This document shows positions 27,385 to 41,085 of a stretch of DNA of 64,000 nt, piece after piece. Origin of the DNA: Eledone cirrhosa (Eukaryota); assembly GCA_964016885.1 (NCBI GenBank), contig OZ024753.1, forward strand, positions 18,414,001 through 18,478,000, read 5' to 3'. Within the stretch, counting starts at the first letter, position 1, and the number at the start of each line of letters is the position of its first letter. The translations under genes and the position numbers were made by a program. The notes under the pieces were generated by a model, which ran no database searches, was not told the origin of the DNA, and worked only from the letters and a program-made list of their open reading frames with translations.

Positions 27385-27485
27385 TGCCGAGGTTAATTTG
27401 CATTTCATCCTTACGGGGTCGATAAAATAAAGTACCAGTAATGTACTGGGTAATTGGTGGCCTTGTGCCAATAGTAGAAACAATT
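27385..27485 (+). mobile_element. tRNA-derived SINE, 3' half
   Basis: Family body and 3' end. Confidence 0.82.
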
Positions 27486-27507
27486 ACTATTGTTAATATT
27501 ATTTAAA

Positions 27508-27692
27508 GGGCGGTGGATTGGCAGTATCGGTAGAGGGTCGGATGCCATGCTTTGATGCATAGAGTTACGGTCCTTGCCATTCTGAGTTCAAATCCCGCCA
27601 AGGTTAACTTTGCCTTTCATCCTTACGGGGACGATAAAATAAAGTACGAGTAATGCACTGGTAATTGCTGGCCTTGTGCCAGAAACAATTAT
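27508..27692 (+). mobile_element. tRNA-derived SINE, full-length
   Basis: GGGCGGTGGATTGGCAGTATCGG (A box) ... GAGTTCAAATCC (B box). Confidence 0.88.
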
Positions 27693-27807
27693 TATTAATA
27701 TTATTATTATTATTCTCTACATTCCTTACATCAAACTAAAATATGTTGACAATCTTTTAATAATGACTTCCTTGCGATATTTGTGGTCTTCTTTTGCTTA
27801 ACTAATG

Positions 27808-29560
<1,753 letters not shown>

Positions 29561-30390
29561 AAGCAGATGTGGAAAGACACCAGTTGGACCATAACGTACC
29601 AGAGTACTCAATACTTGAGGAGGTAGAATGAGTAATAGGAAAAGATTCCGGGCCATTTCGACAGCTGGATCCGAACCTTTCTTTCGTCTGATATATATAT
29701 ATAAAATGATCATTCCTATATATATATATGAAACTATTCAGGAGCCGCACGGCTGAGCTACGGCCGTTTTGACAGCACTGAAAAAAAATACCCCCACCCC
29801 CCATATATATATATATATATATATATAAGCATGACCCCGACGGCATATCTCAAACCGTTTCGACGGCTATTTCTGGACTAAATTAGAATTTTTAGTCTGG
29901 TTAATAAATAGCCCAACTTGTCAAGGGGTACTTCCTTATATGGGAAGATTGTAGTTGTTGAGAGGATTGGTCAAATTGTGTTATAAACACAAGTAAGTCT
30001 ATCATGGCATTTGGTGGGTGGTAGGGGTGGCTGAACATGCCTGTAGAACAACGAGGGAGTGAGTGGAGCCGGTCAAGATTTGAAAGTGAAATCTATACAC
30101 CAGATTCTAAGGATAGTGTATGAAAAGTCGAAAAATTGTTCTGGAGAAAATGGAGGAGGGAGTTTATAATAGGTAAGTCTAATAAAAGTAGGAGACAATA
30201 ACAAATAATAGAAAGAAATATAAAAAAATATTAGATAGTGAGAAATGAAAAAAAAATCAGTAGAGTCTAGAAACAGCTGCTCTAATTAGTAGGTGTTGCT
30301 TGTACGGCCAAGGCTATAGAAAAGGTTAATAAGTTGAGAATGGAAAATAGTAAATAAGAAATTGTAGAAGTGGGGAGTGAAAACATATAA

Positions 30391-30568
30391 TTGTTTCTAC
30401 TTTAGGCACAAGGCCAGCAAATACCCAGTGCATTACTGGTACTTTATTTTATCGACCCCGTAAGGATGAAAGGCAAAGTCAACCTCGGCGGGATTTGAAC
30501 TCAGATCGTAAAGGGACGTAACTATGCTGGAAAGCATGGCGTTCTACCCTCTACCGATACTGCCAACC
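30391..30568 (-). mobile_element. tRNA-derived SINE
   Basis: Colinear with the family. Confidence 0.87.
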
Positions 30569-30569
30569 A

Positions 30570-30957
30570 AACTTTTCAGGGGTCTAACACAGCTGCTATA
30601 AATAGTTAGTAAAGCGTATTCCGCCAATACTATCTTACAATTACAGGTTAATAAGTTGCGGAATAGAAGATACTAAAGAAGAAATTTTGAAATTATAGAA
30701 TTGGAGTAGTAACAAAAATGATACAAAATTACAGGGGTCTAACACATTTGCTATAACTGGTTAGTAAAGCGTATTCGGCCAATTCTATCTTAAAATTATA
30801 GGGGTTGGGGTACTGAGGTACTCCAATTCTATAATTTCAAAATTTCTGATTTAGTATTTTCTATTCTCAACTTATTAAGCTGTAATTGTAAGATAGCATT
30901 GGCGGAATACGCTTTACTAACTATTTATAGCAGCTGTTTAGACCCCTGAAAAGTTTG
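30570..30957. repeat. Inverted repeat with about 137-bp arms
   Basis: 30570-30707 is the reverse complement of 30819-30956; the spacer holds a further partial direct copy of the arm. Confidence 0.82.
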
Positions 30958-30967
30958 CATTATATTT

Positions 30968-31247
30968 GAATCCCGCCGAGGTTGACTTTGCCTTTCATCC
31001 TTACGGGGTCGATAAAATAAAGTACCAGTAATGTACTGGATAATTGCTGGCCTTGTGCCTAAAGTAGAAACAATTCTATTTGTTCATCATCCACTTTTAG
31101 GACCGTGGATTGGCAGTATCGGTAGAGGGTCGGACGCCATGCTTTCCAGCATAGTTACGTCCCTTTACGATCTGAGTTCAAATCCCGCTGAGGTTGACTT
31201 TGCCTTTCATCCTTACGGGGTCGATAAAATAAAGTACCAGTAATGTA
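30968..31247 (+). mobile_element. Two tandem SINE copies (30968-31074 3' half; 31100-31247 lacking the 3' end)
   Basis: Family body occurs twice; A and B boxes in the second copy. Confidence 0.85.
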
Positions 31248-31687
31248 TATTATATTTTCTTTCACTTTCTTTAACTTTCATTTTCCATGCATATATATGA
31301 AAGCTACCGTCAAATACCACTTAACATCAATGGTGAGTCCCAGTTTATGTTCTATGGAGGAAAAGTGGGTACACGGGAAAATCCTTCTCAAGAATGCTGC
31401 ACGGGTATAACATGCTCTCATAAATGTCCTCAAACTTGTCGTCAATCAAACCCACGAGAGCCCGGGTGTAATAGAGGCCACAAACAAACAACATCCAGTC
31501 GGGATTGTGAAAAATAACTAATATATTGCTCAATTGTCTATCTGCATGTGTCAGCGTCCCGAGCTGGTATGGCTCTCCAAACCTCTGTCCATCACCATCT
31601 TCCGGGGAAACACCTTCTCTTCTCTGTCCGCCATGACTACGGGACGACCAGTACGTGTTCCCGCATTTGATTATAATAGTCAGGGAT

Positions 31688-32300
31688 AGGGAGAGCGAGA
31701 GAGACGGAGGTAATGAGGGAAAGAGAGAGATGGGGAGAGTGAGAGAGACGGGGGCAGTGAGTGAAAGAGAGAGATGGGGAGTGTGAGAGAGAGGGAGGCA
31801 GTGAGACTGAGGGAGGCATTGAGGGAAAGAGAGAGGTGTGGAGAGCGAGAGAGAGAGAGAGACTGATGCGGGGAGAGTGAGAGAGACGGAGGCAGTGAAA
31901 GAAAGAGAGAGATGGGGAGAGTGAGAGAGACAGAAGGAGTGAGGGAAAGAGAGAGATGGGGAGAGTGAGAGAGACAGAGGCAGTGAAAGAAAGAGAGAGA
32001 TGGGGAGAGTGAGAGAGACAGAATCAGTGAGGGAAAGAGAGAGATGGGGAGAGTGAGAGAGACGGAGGCAGTGAAATAAAGAGAGAGATGGGAAGAGTGA
32101 GAGAGACAGAAGGAGTGAGGGAAAGAGAGGGATGGGGAGAGTGAGAGAGACGGAGGTAGTGAAAGAAAGAGATGGGCAGAGAGTGAGAGAGACGGTGGCA
32201 GTGGGTAAAAGAGAGGGATGAGGAGAGTGAGAGAGTCGGAGATAATGAGTGAAAGAGAGAAATGGGGAGAGTGAGAGAGACAGTTGGGGAAACAGAGAGC
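31688..32300. repeat. GA-rich minisatellite with a ~44-bp unit
   Basis: gagagagatggggagagtgagagagacggaggcagtga recurs. Confidence 0.9.
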
Positions 32301-32421
32301 TCATCAATATGTATTTACTTATTTACATATAGACGTGGAATTACTGTGTAGAACAGACTACTTTCGTTCTATCGTGCCAGTCGCGCAATATAGGCCGAGA
32401 TTTAATGACTTACAGAGCCCA

Positions 32422-33419
32422 CCATACTTTCTCTACTATTAATTGTACCAATAGACTCTGTCAAACATTTTATATCTCTATATCAACACAACAGTATAGA
32501 ACTCTTCATACTTTCTCTACTATTAGTTGTACCAATAGGCTCTGTCAAACATTGTATATCTCTATATCAACACAACAGTATAGAACTCTTCATACTTTCT
32601 CTACTATTAGTTGTACCAATAGACTCTGTCAAACATTTTATATCTCTATATCAACACAACAGTATAGAACTCTTCAGACTTTCTCTACTATTAGTTGTAC
32701 CAATATACTCTGTCAAACATTGTGTATCCCTATATCAACACAACAGTATAGAACTCTTCATACTTTCTCTACTATTAGTTGTACCAATAGGCTCTGTCAA
32801 ACATTTTATATCTCTATATCAACACAACAGTATAGAACTCTTCATACTTTCTCTACTATTAATTGTACCAATAGGTTCTGTCAAACATTTTATATCTCTA
32901 TATCAACACAACAGTATCGAACTCTTCATACTTTCTCTACTATTAGTTGTACCAATAGACTCTGTCAAACATTTTATATCTCTATATCAACACAACAGTA
33001 TAGAACTCTTCAGACTTTCTCTACTATTAGTTGTACCAATAGACTCTGTCAAACATTGTATATCTCCATATCAACACAACAGTATAGAACTCTTCATACG
33101 TTCTCTACTATTAGCTGTACCAATAGGCTCTGTCAAACATTTTATATCTCTATATCAACACAACAGTATCGAACTCTTCATACTTTCTCTACTATTAGCT
33201 GTACCGATAGGCTCTGTCAAACATTGTATATCTCTATATCAACACAACAGTATAGAACTCTTCATACTTTCTCTACTATTAGTTGTACCAATAGACTCTG
33301 TCAAACATTTTATATCTCTATATCAACACAACAGTATAGAACTCTTCATACTTTCTCTACTATTAGTTGTACCAATAGGCTCTGTCAAACATTTTATATC
33401 TCTATATCAATACAACAGT
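32422..33419. repeat. 84-bp tandem repeat, about 12 copies
   Basis: Period 84 (tactttctctact recurs every 84 bp); ORF 32405-33463 shows a 28-aa repeat. Confidence 0.95.
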
Positions 33420-33498
33420 GCACAATGCATTCAATATGGCGAGTTTATTTTCTGAAAACCTAACAATTATTGGGATGAATATATTTTATATTACCGTA

Positions 33499-33715
33499 GT
33501 GGTGTATTAGCCATATTCGATAGAGCGTCGGACACATGCTTTGTGGCATATAGTTAACGCCCTTTACGTTCTGAATTCAAAGTTCTCGCCGATGTTAGTT
33601 TTGCCTGTCATCCTTACGGTGTCGATAACACAATGTACTCGTAACGTATTGAGGTCTCTTTAATCGACTTCCCCTCCCCTCAAAATTGGTGACCTTGTGT
33701 CTAAACCATAGACCA
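33499..33715 (+). mobile_element. Diverged tRNA-derived SINE (older subfamily)
   Basis: ctgaattcaaa.. gccgatgttagttttgcctgtcatccttacggtgtcgataa. Confidence 0.65.
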
Positions 33716-34500
33716 TATTACTATCTTTAGTTGTATGTTGGCATTTCGTAAATGTATTTTAAGCAATGGGTTAGTTTAATAGATATAACATGCTACATTA
33801 GACTTTTTGTCTCAAATCTGTCCCGAAAAATAACTCAAAAACGAAACTAGTGACCCAGAAATGTTTACAACTTTAAACCAAACAAACACATAAACATTTC
33901 AAAATTCTAAAATTTATTACCGTATTTTTCTCCGATAACATACATTTACAAAATAAATATCCCATTAGTCTTTTCTTCTTGAATTCACACTCGTATTAAA
34001 TTTTCTTTTTACTTACATTGATCAAATTATCCAACTTGGTTTTATCTTCTTCCTGTATAATTTGATATGAATCGGGTGTAAATATATCATGTTAAATTCC
34101 TCTGTCTCAAAGAAAATTACTATTTATTTGCAGTTTTATTCCGTTTCATGTATGCTTACTTATGTTACAATTACTAAATCTAATTCCAGTCAAACCTACA
34201 CGTCTTCTCGTACGAAAGAGCAAATCACAGAGAAATAAATAGTATGTCTGGATTCCTTATTATATCTAAGCCTTGTACTGTAATCTCTTAATCTCTTTTC
34301 TCTTGTTTTAAATAACAGCTAAGTTATTTTCTTCTCTATATAAATCTGTACAAATTAAGCCATATTCTTCTTAGCTTCTTAAACCCAGTATATTTGTCAA
34401 GCCGAAGCAATCCGTTTAGTTATATACGTATTCCTGCGATGGTTCTTTTTCATATACGTCATCCTTTCTTTAACTTCACTTTCCTTTTCTCCGTAACAGC

Positions 34501-34548
<48 letters not shown>

Positions 34549-34550
<2 letters not shown>

Positions 34551-37500
34551 TTTCTTTATTAACCACAAGGGTTTACATAAAGTAGACATTAAGGACAGTG
34601 CAGGACAATACAGTACGGTACAAATGGGCATTTCTGCGTGTAAAAAACAAAAACAGAGGATGTAACAAAAAAATAACAATGAAAAATTCCCCAATAGGGG
34701 GGAGACTTCGGAGGGACATTTGTGGAGAAAGCCCAGTAAAAGGCCACAGTGACCCTGACCACCAAGGCAAGTGCCCTCTCCCAGTTTTCCACCTTTAATT
34801 TACAGATATATACTCAGAGTAGGCCCATTCACTCGGGCCATTCTTGCTTCTCTCACTCATCTTTCAACAAAATGCTGGGAAGAGAGCACTTCTCTCTCTA
34901 CTCTGCTTTTCCTTTTCAAATGAAATTTGAAAAAGTCAATCAGGGCATCACCGAAGAGGTAAGTGCTCGTCTTCAGCCCTTTCAAACGTGTCCACCATAC
35001 TATCTCTTTCGCCATGGCCACCAGACAGATAAAAACTGCCTGCCCTTCCCGGCTAAAGGAGGAGGGCGGGGCAATCCTCACGATGGACTCAGATGATAGC
35101 CGGATCCGTCCTACACGCGACAGCAGGTGTTCGACATAAACCCACAAGTCAGCAATTTTAGGACACTGGACGAGTGCGTGCAGGACGGTTTCGTCGCCCT
35201 GCGCGCATCTCAGACATGCCCGGCTGACGGCACCTCCATGCCTGTAGAGTTTATCCCGAACTGGCAAGGCTCCTCGGTAGCACTGCCAGGCTAGAGATTT
35301 CTGGAAGTTGTCCATAGGCCCTGGCCTGAAAGTTCTTCCGAAGAGATTGGCTAGTTGATTTTCGTCGACGCCTAGAGTTTCCCCAAGTACGTCGTCGCTC
35401 TTCCCCTCCACTAATCCTCTATAGAACGCCGAGGTGGAGTTTCCACCGATCACTTGGCCCGATTGGTCGAGGGCTGTGAGCGCCTGAAGACATTCCAGTC
35501 TCCAGGCGCTCCCTCTCGGTCTTCGCTTGACCCAGGACTGCAGCTCCGTTAAGGAAACGAGCTGGGGAAATACGTGTCTAGCAAACGGCGACCACACCTG
35601 ATCACCGTCGAGGAAGAGGTGGAGGTGTCGTAGCCTGAGCGCGTGCCTGCGCATCATCAGCCCTCCACGTAGCGGGTGTTGACAACAGATGGACCGCCTG
35701 ACCATCGGAGCGCGTCCCTTCCACAAAAAGCGAAAGAGTAAACGCTCCAGCGCAGTCAGGCGAGGCTTAGGACAAGGTACGACGGTCAGGCGGTAGCAGA
35801 TGACAGACGCGATGTACGCGTTAGCCACCTCCGCTCGACCTTTCAGGGATAGCTTCCTCTCCGCCCATTTCTGGGTGAGAGAAACCACCCTGCTCGTCAC
35901 CTCGTCCCAGTTTTTGTCCGTCTGGAGGTCCGGACCGAACCAGACCCCTAGCAATTTAACCGGTCCGTCCGTCCAGCGTCCGACGATGCTGTTGGACGGC
36001 ATGGACCTGCCTCTCCAGGTGCCGAGCTGCAGGCCCACTGACTTTTCCTTGTTGATCATTGCTCCTGTCACCGCTTCGTATTCTCTTAGTGTAGTGCCGA
36101 TCGCCTCGATGTGTTTGGCGTTCGACACCACTACGGTGACATCGTCCGCATATGCTGACACGGATCTTCCGCATCCTAGTTCGCGCGGGACACCCCTCAA
36201 CGAGGGACGAGAGAGGACATCCTTGGCGGACCGAGCGCATGATGTTGAACGGTTCCGACAGGTGACCGTTCACTCTCACCACAGAGCAGATTTTGCTGTG
36301 CATGGCAGCGATCCAGCCTCTGAAGACGTGCCCAAAGCCAGCCGCCCTCAGGACTGCCGCTAGGTAACGATGGTCGACCCTATCGAAAGCTTTCGACTGA
36401 TCTAAATTGATCAAGGACCCACCCGTGTCAGGTTCCCTAGCTACCCTCTCTACGATGTATCGCATGAGGTGGAGGTTGTCGTGGATGGATCTGTCGGGAA
36501 TGGCGCATGTCTGCGCCTCTCCCACCAGACCACCAACGACAAGCGCCAACCTCTCTGCTAGGTTCTTGGCCAAAATCTTGAACTCTGTGTTTAGCAGAGT
36601 TATGGGCCGGAAATTATCTATGTTATCCCCCTTGTTCGGATCCTTTCTCAGCAGTGCCACCGCTCCTCGGCTCACAGAACTGGGAATTCTCCCATCCTGT
36701 TGCCAGTTGCAGTAGACGTCCGCCAAGAGGCCTCCGAACAAGTCTGGCATCTGTACGTAAAGTTCATAGGGCAGACCATCCAAACCAGGCCATTTACCCC
36801 TTGTGCAGCCAGTCATTGCCTCCCTTAATCCAGCGGCTGTTATCGGCTTTTCGCAACACTCCGCCTCAGTGGCCGAGAGCCGCGGCAGTCCGTCGAGGTA
36901 GACACTAAAGTCCATCCCTCGACCCGGCCCACTGCTGCCCCCGAACACCTGAGCGAATTGTCGCTGAAAAGCTTCACACATTTGCCCGGGATCGAGTAGC
37001 ATGCGCCCGTCGTGGTCCACCAAAGACCGGATCGTGGCTTTGTTGCCACGACGCGCCTCCGCTACTCGGGCCCATTGAACGGCTTTCGTCCCCTCGTGTC
37101 TGAGAGCACGCACCCTAGCTCTGACAACGCAGCCTTCGTGCTTTGCATTGAAGAATTGGTCAAGGGCTAATTCCGCCGCAAGCACGTCGGTCGTAATGCA
37201 TTTGCTAAGCACCTCGTCTAATTTTCTAACTAGTTCTCCCTCTGTTCTATTTTTCTCTATTGCTAAAGCTTTACTAAACCTAATCGATTCTATTCTAATC
37301 GCTTTTTTCAGAGCAAACCATTACTTGTTGTTGACGATGGCCCTCGTCAACGCCCGCTTAACTAGTTCGCTAATCCGGTCTCTGTAGGCCTTGCGCGCTG
37401 GTAAGGACGCGTTTAGCTTCCAGTAGCCAGGTCCTCGTCTATGAAGCCTATCTAAGTCAAGCACACAGATCACGAATTTGTGGTCCGTGTAGCTGACTAT

Positions 37501-40500
37501 CTTGAAATGTGGACAGCCTATGCTAGACCTATCTATTTCCATACAAAATACTCTATCTAGATATGATCTGGATGACCCTATGCGGTTTGTCCAAGTCCAC
37601 ATTGGCACATTCGGGAAATCCAATCGGTACCTGTCAGACAGTTCAAAACGCCTGAGCAGGTTGGTGAGGCTCTTGCACCCTCCACCCCTATCCGCTAATC
37701 CCACACAGTCCCAGCGTGCATCAAAGGTCCCGTTCCAGTCGCCCACTAACACTAAAGAGCGGGACGTTCCAAGAAAGGTCTCCAGACGCCGGAAGAAATC
37801 AGGCCGCCCTGCTCCTGTCGGGGCATAGACAGCCACTAGCCTGAAAGCTTGCCCGTCTCCGCTTGTCACGTCCAGCACCACCAACTCACCCTCTGGGTCC
37901 AGGAAGATGACCCGTATGGCGAGATCCAAACCTCTCCAAAAAAGCACAGCAACTCCTCCCCCCGATCCAGGACGGCTGGGTGATGCGTACACATCGTAGC
38001 CGCCGAAGATCGGTGCGAAGGCCCGTGCCTCCGAGATTCTGGTCTCCCTGATGGCCACTACATCTATGTTTAGTGACCTGAGGTCGTTGAGCGGGTGACG
38101 CTGCTTCCATGACGACCCCAAGCCACGCGCATTTATGCTGCCTATTCTGAGTGAGGTCATGTTTAAAATAGAGTGGAAAAGATGGGAAAGACCACTTACC
38201 GTACTTTTCGTAGAGGAGGGATGGTTTTTCCATCCCTTTTCACTTGATCGTCTGGTGAAGGGACCGTTGACTCGTCCCTTCGGCTGGTCGTCGGCTCTTC
38301 TATGAGTATGTCCGAATATACTCTTCGTTTAAGTGTCCCTCCTAGGTCTCTGAAATCTCCAACTGCGTTGGGGAATTTCGTTTTAATGTTTGTGTATTGT
38401 TTCTGTGCTATTTTTAGCAGTCTTATGTTAGTTGGCGTTTTGATTGGTGCTGGTATTATGTAGTCGTGTTGTGAAATGTCTGTGTGTTCAATTATGTAAG
38501 TCATTAGTTTCTTGTTGTGTGTATTTATTGCCGTGCATTTGTTTTTCTGGGGGTGGGGTGTGGTTCTGCTATTTTCTTGTGGTTGTTGCTGGGTGTGTGT
38601 ATTTTTTTGTTGTGTTTGCGATGTTGGTGCTTGTGGTGGTGGTGTTGAAGGTGTTGTTGGCGGTGGGGTTGTCGCCGGTGGTGATGGTGGTGCTAGTGTG
38701 GTTGGTGATGGTGTTGGTGGTGTTGCTGCTGTGAGTCTCTTTGCAGTAGCCTTTACCCTTTTTTCATTTCTTCCCTCCCTTTTCAAAGGCGACGATGTGC
38801 TGCTTCTGCGTTTGTGCCTTCTTACGACCTTTTGCCATCCCTCTCCCACCTCACACTCCATATATGATTATGTGAGGTCGGGGAGGTGTACCAGCTCCAC
38901 TCTTTCACTTGTTGTTGTTGGCGATGTTTGCACTGGAGTCTCTGTTGCAGCTGCATTTGGTATTGCTGTTGTTGTTGTTAATACTTCCACTGCTGCTGCT
39001 GTTTTTGATTTCCGTGGCGTGGGTATGGGTGCCACTGACCTATCGTTCCTGGCTGCCGCTTGTCCTGTTGCTGGTAGCCGTGGAGCCGGTTTCGGAAGGA
39101 GGGGGGTTTTCTCCTTTCTCAGGTTCTTCTCGTTTCAGAAGGCCCTGAGGTGAGTCTTCGATCCACAGCGAAGGCATTTCGGGCGTTTGCCCTCAACACT
39201 CATGGGCAATTGAGTGCCATTATCGAAGTCTATCACATCCGGGATAGTTTCGATGCACTCCTGGTTGGTTTGGATTAACATCTCAATGGAGGTGCCGACC
39301 CAATCTTCTCTTACTTTTTTCTGTACTTGCAGTACAGTTGTTTTGTCCTCGATTCCGACGAGGACAGACGCGGCCAGCCAAGAAGGGGCCAGCCCGGGGG
39401 GGGGGGGCGTGGGTCAGTTTGACCCTCACAATTTTTTGCCCGCAGTAGGAGGGCACCAACACCATTTCCTCGCTCCTTAGGGTCACTAAGGACTGATCCT
39501 TTGCTTCCTGGGGTGTGGCAAAAAGTATGTCTACGGTGGCATATTTCTTGCCTCGGGTGATGTGCGTTTTCCGCTGCCACACAGACCCCAAGGCTTTTTG
39601 TATTTGAGCCTCTGTGGCTCTTTCAACCCTACGGGATTTTGTACTTACTGTACGGTACGTGACCGTACAGTGCTGTTGGGTTTCGAAAAAATGTTCTGCT
39701 GCCTTGCAGATTGCTCGGTGTCCAGTTTTTGTCACCATCTTCTTCGCTTCCTCTAATTCCTCATTTGTTATGAGGATGGTTTCCAGGTTCTTTGCGATAC
39801 CTGCAAACGAGATTGGTTTTTCTTTGCTGCTGTTGTTGTTGTTGTTGTCGTCGGAGCTGCTGTTACTTTTGTTGTTGCTGCAGGTACTACGACTACTGAC
39901 GGCGCCGCTGTTGCTGTGGTTGTTGTTGCTGCTACTGCTGTTGTTGTTGCTGCTAATGATGTTGTTGTTTATGCTGCTGCTGATGCTGCTGCGGCTGCTA
40001 CTGTTGTTTTCCTTGTCGCTGTTGCTGTTGTTATTGCGGCTTCTACTGCTATTATTCCTGATGTCAGACGAATGAAATGGGTTTTCGTATTTCCCGCACC
40101 CCTGTTTCGTCGTTGTCGTCGTCGTCGTGGAGAAATCTTGCACGCTTTGCACGAGATTTTTCTTTTCTGTCGTCGCTTGCGAAAAAGAAGGGAGGGAGAG
40201 AGACAATCTTCTCTCTGCCGTAGTGACGATTGAGGAAGAAGAAGACGGAATGAGTGGGAGTGACCTATGAAAATTCTTTTTCGTAGCCATGTTGTTTTTT
40301 TGTTTAAAATAAATATTGGGCACAAAACCCCAATAAGCAGTTATTTAAACCCGAAGGGCCAAATAACGGGTAGAAAGACCCCTCTCACGAGGAGGAGGGT
40401 GTTTTTGTCTACAAGTTGGTTAAAGTTTTAAACAATTTACAATTGTTATAGCGGTCAAAATTTACAATACCTTACAGAGCCGAGCCTCCGTCAACCATAG

Positions 40501-40505
40501 CATTC
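34549..40505 (-). mobile_element. Full-length decayed Tx1/L1-clade LINE copy C (ORF1 about 40323-38196; ORF2 APE-RT-zf from 38160 to about 34800)
   Basis: APE motifs SINARGL, RETR, YAP, GDWN, SYLDR, TDH; RT motifs RPITLLN, RQG, YADD; CLRC..ETVLHALVQC. ORF1 has the knuckle CLRCGSKTHLRAF*. Flanked by (AAT)16 and (AAT)5. Confidence 0.94.
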
Positions 40506-40518
40506 AATAATAATAATA

Positions 40519-40564
<46 letters not shown>

Positions 40565-40613
40565 CGACGATGTTGATGCCGATGATGATAGTGTTAATAA
40601 GTATAGTATTATC

Positions 40614-40664
<51 letters not shown>

Positions 40665-40683
40665 CGTAGTAGTAGTAGTAGTA
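40506..40683. repeat. Compound (AAT)(GAT)(AGT) microsatellite
   Basis: Seen directly. Confidence 0.95.
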
Positions 40684-40928
40684 TTGTTGCTCCATTGCTA
40701 TCGTGTTTATATTTGTCTTCGTCATCATCTTACTCTTCTTAATATTATGTCATTCCCGTTTCTCCTTCTCTTCTGGTTATTTTTCCCCCTCCTCATTATT
40801 ATTATTATCCTTCTCAGCATTATGACACTTCTCTTTCTTATTGCTGAGGTTTCCACTTATTGCACTTCAACTTATGTCGCAAGATACACAGTTAGAATTC
40901 TATTTAGATAAGATTTAGTCATATACTG

Positions 40929-41085
40929 GTGGTAAATTGGCAGAGTCGTTAGAATGTTACATAGAATCCTTTGTGGCATTTATTTCAGCTGTTTGCTCTC
41001 TGAGTTCAATTACCGCTGAGGTCAACTTTGCTTTCCGTCTATTCGAGGTCGATAAAAAAGTACCAGTCTAATACTGGTGTCGATT
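40929..41085 (+). mobile_element. Diverged tRNA-derived SINE
   Basis: TGGCAGAGTCGTT A box, GAGTTCAATTACC B box, gaggtcgataaaaaagtaccag. Confidence 0.7.

Noticed and set aside
27508-27600. tRNA gene
   Set aside because: The A and B boxes belong to the SINE head; there is no cloverleaf and the sequence continues into the SINE body.
31345-32307. 320-aa Ser/Leu-rich ORF
   Set aside because: Mostly a translation of the GA minisatellite; the remainder is unrecognised.
32422-33419. CRISPR array (also considered for the 30-bp satellite)
   Set aside because: Contiguous repeats without unique spacers, no cas genes, eukaryotic context.
39130-39180. TGA at the last Cys of the Tx1 ORF1 knuckle read as selenocysteine
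   Set aside because: The copy has many other disabling mutations; a TGY>TGA point mutation is the simpler explanation.
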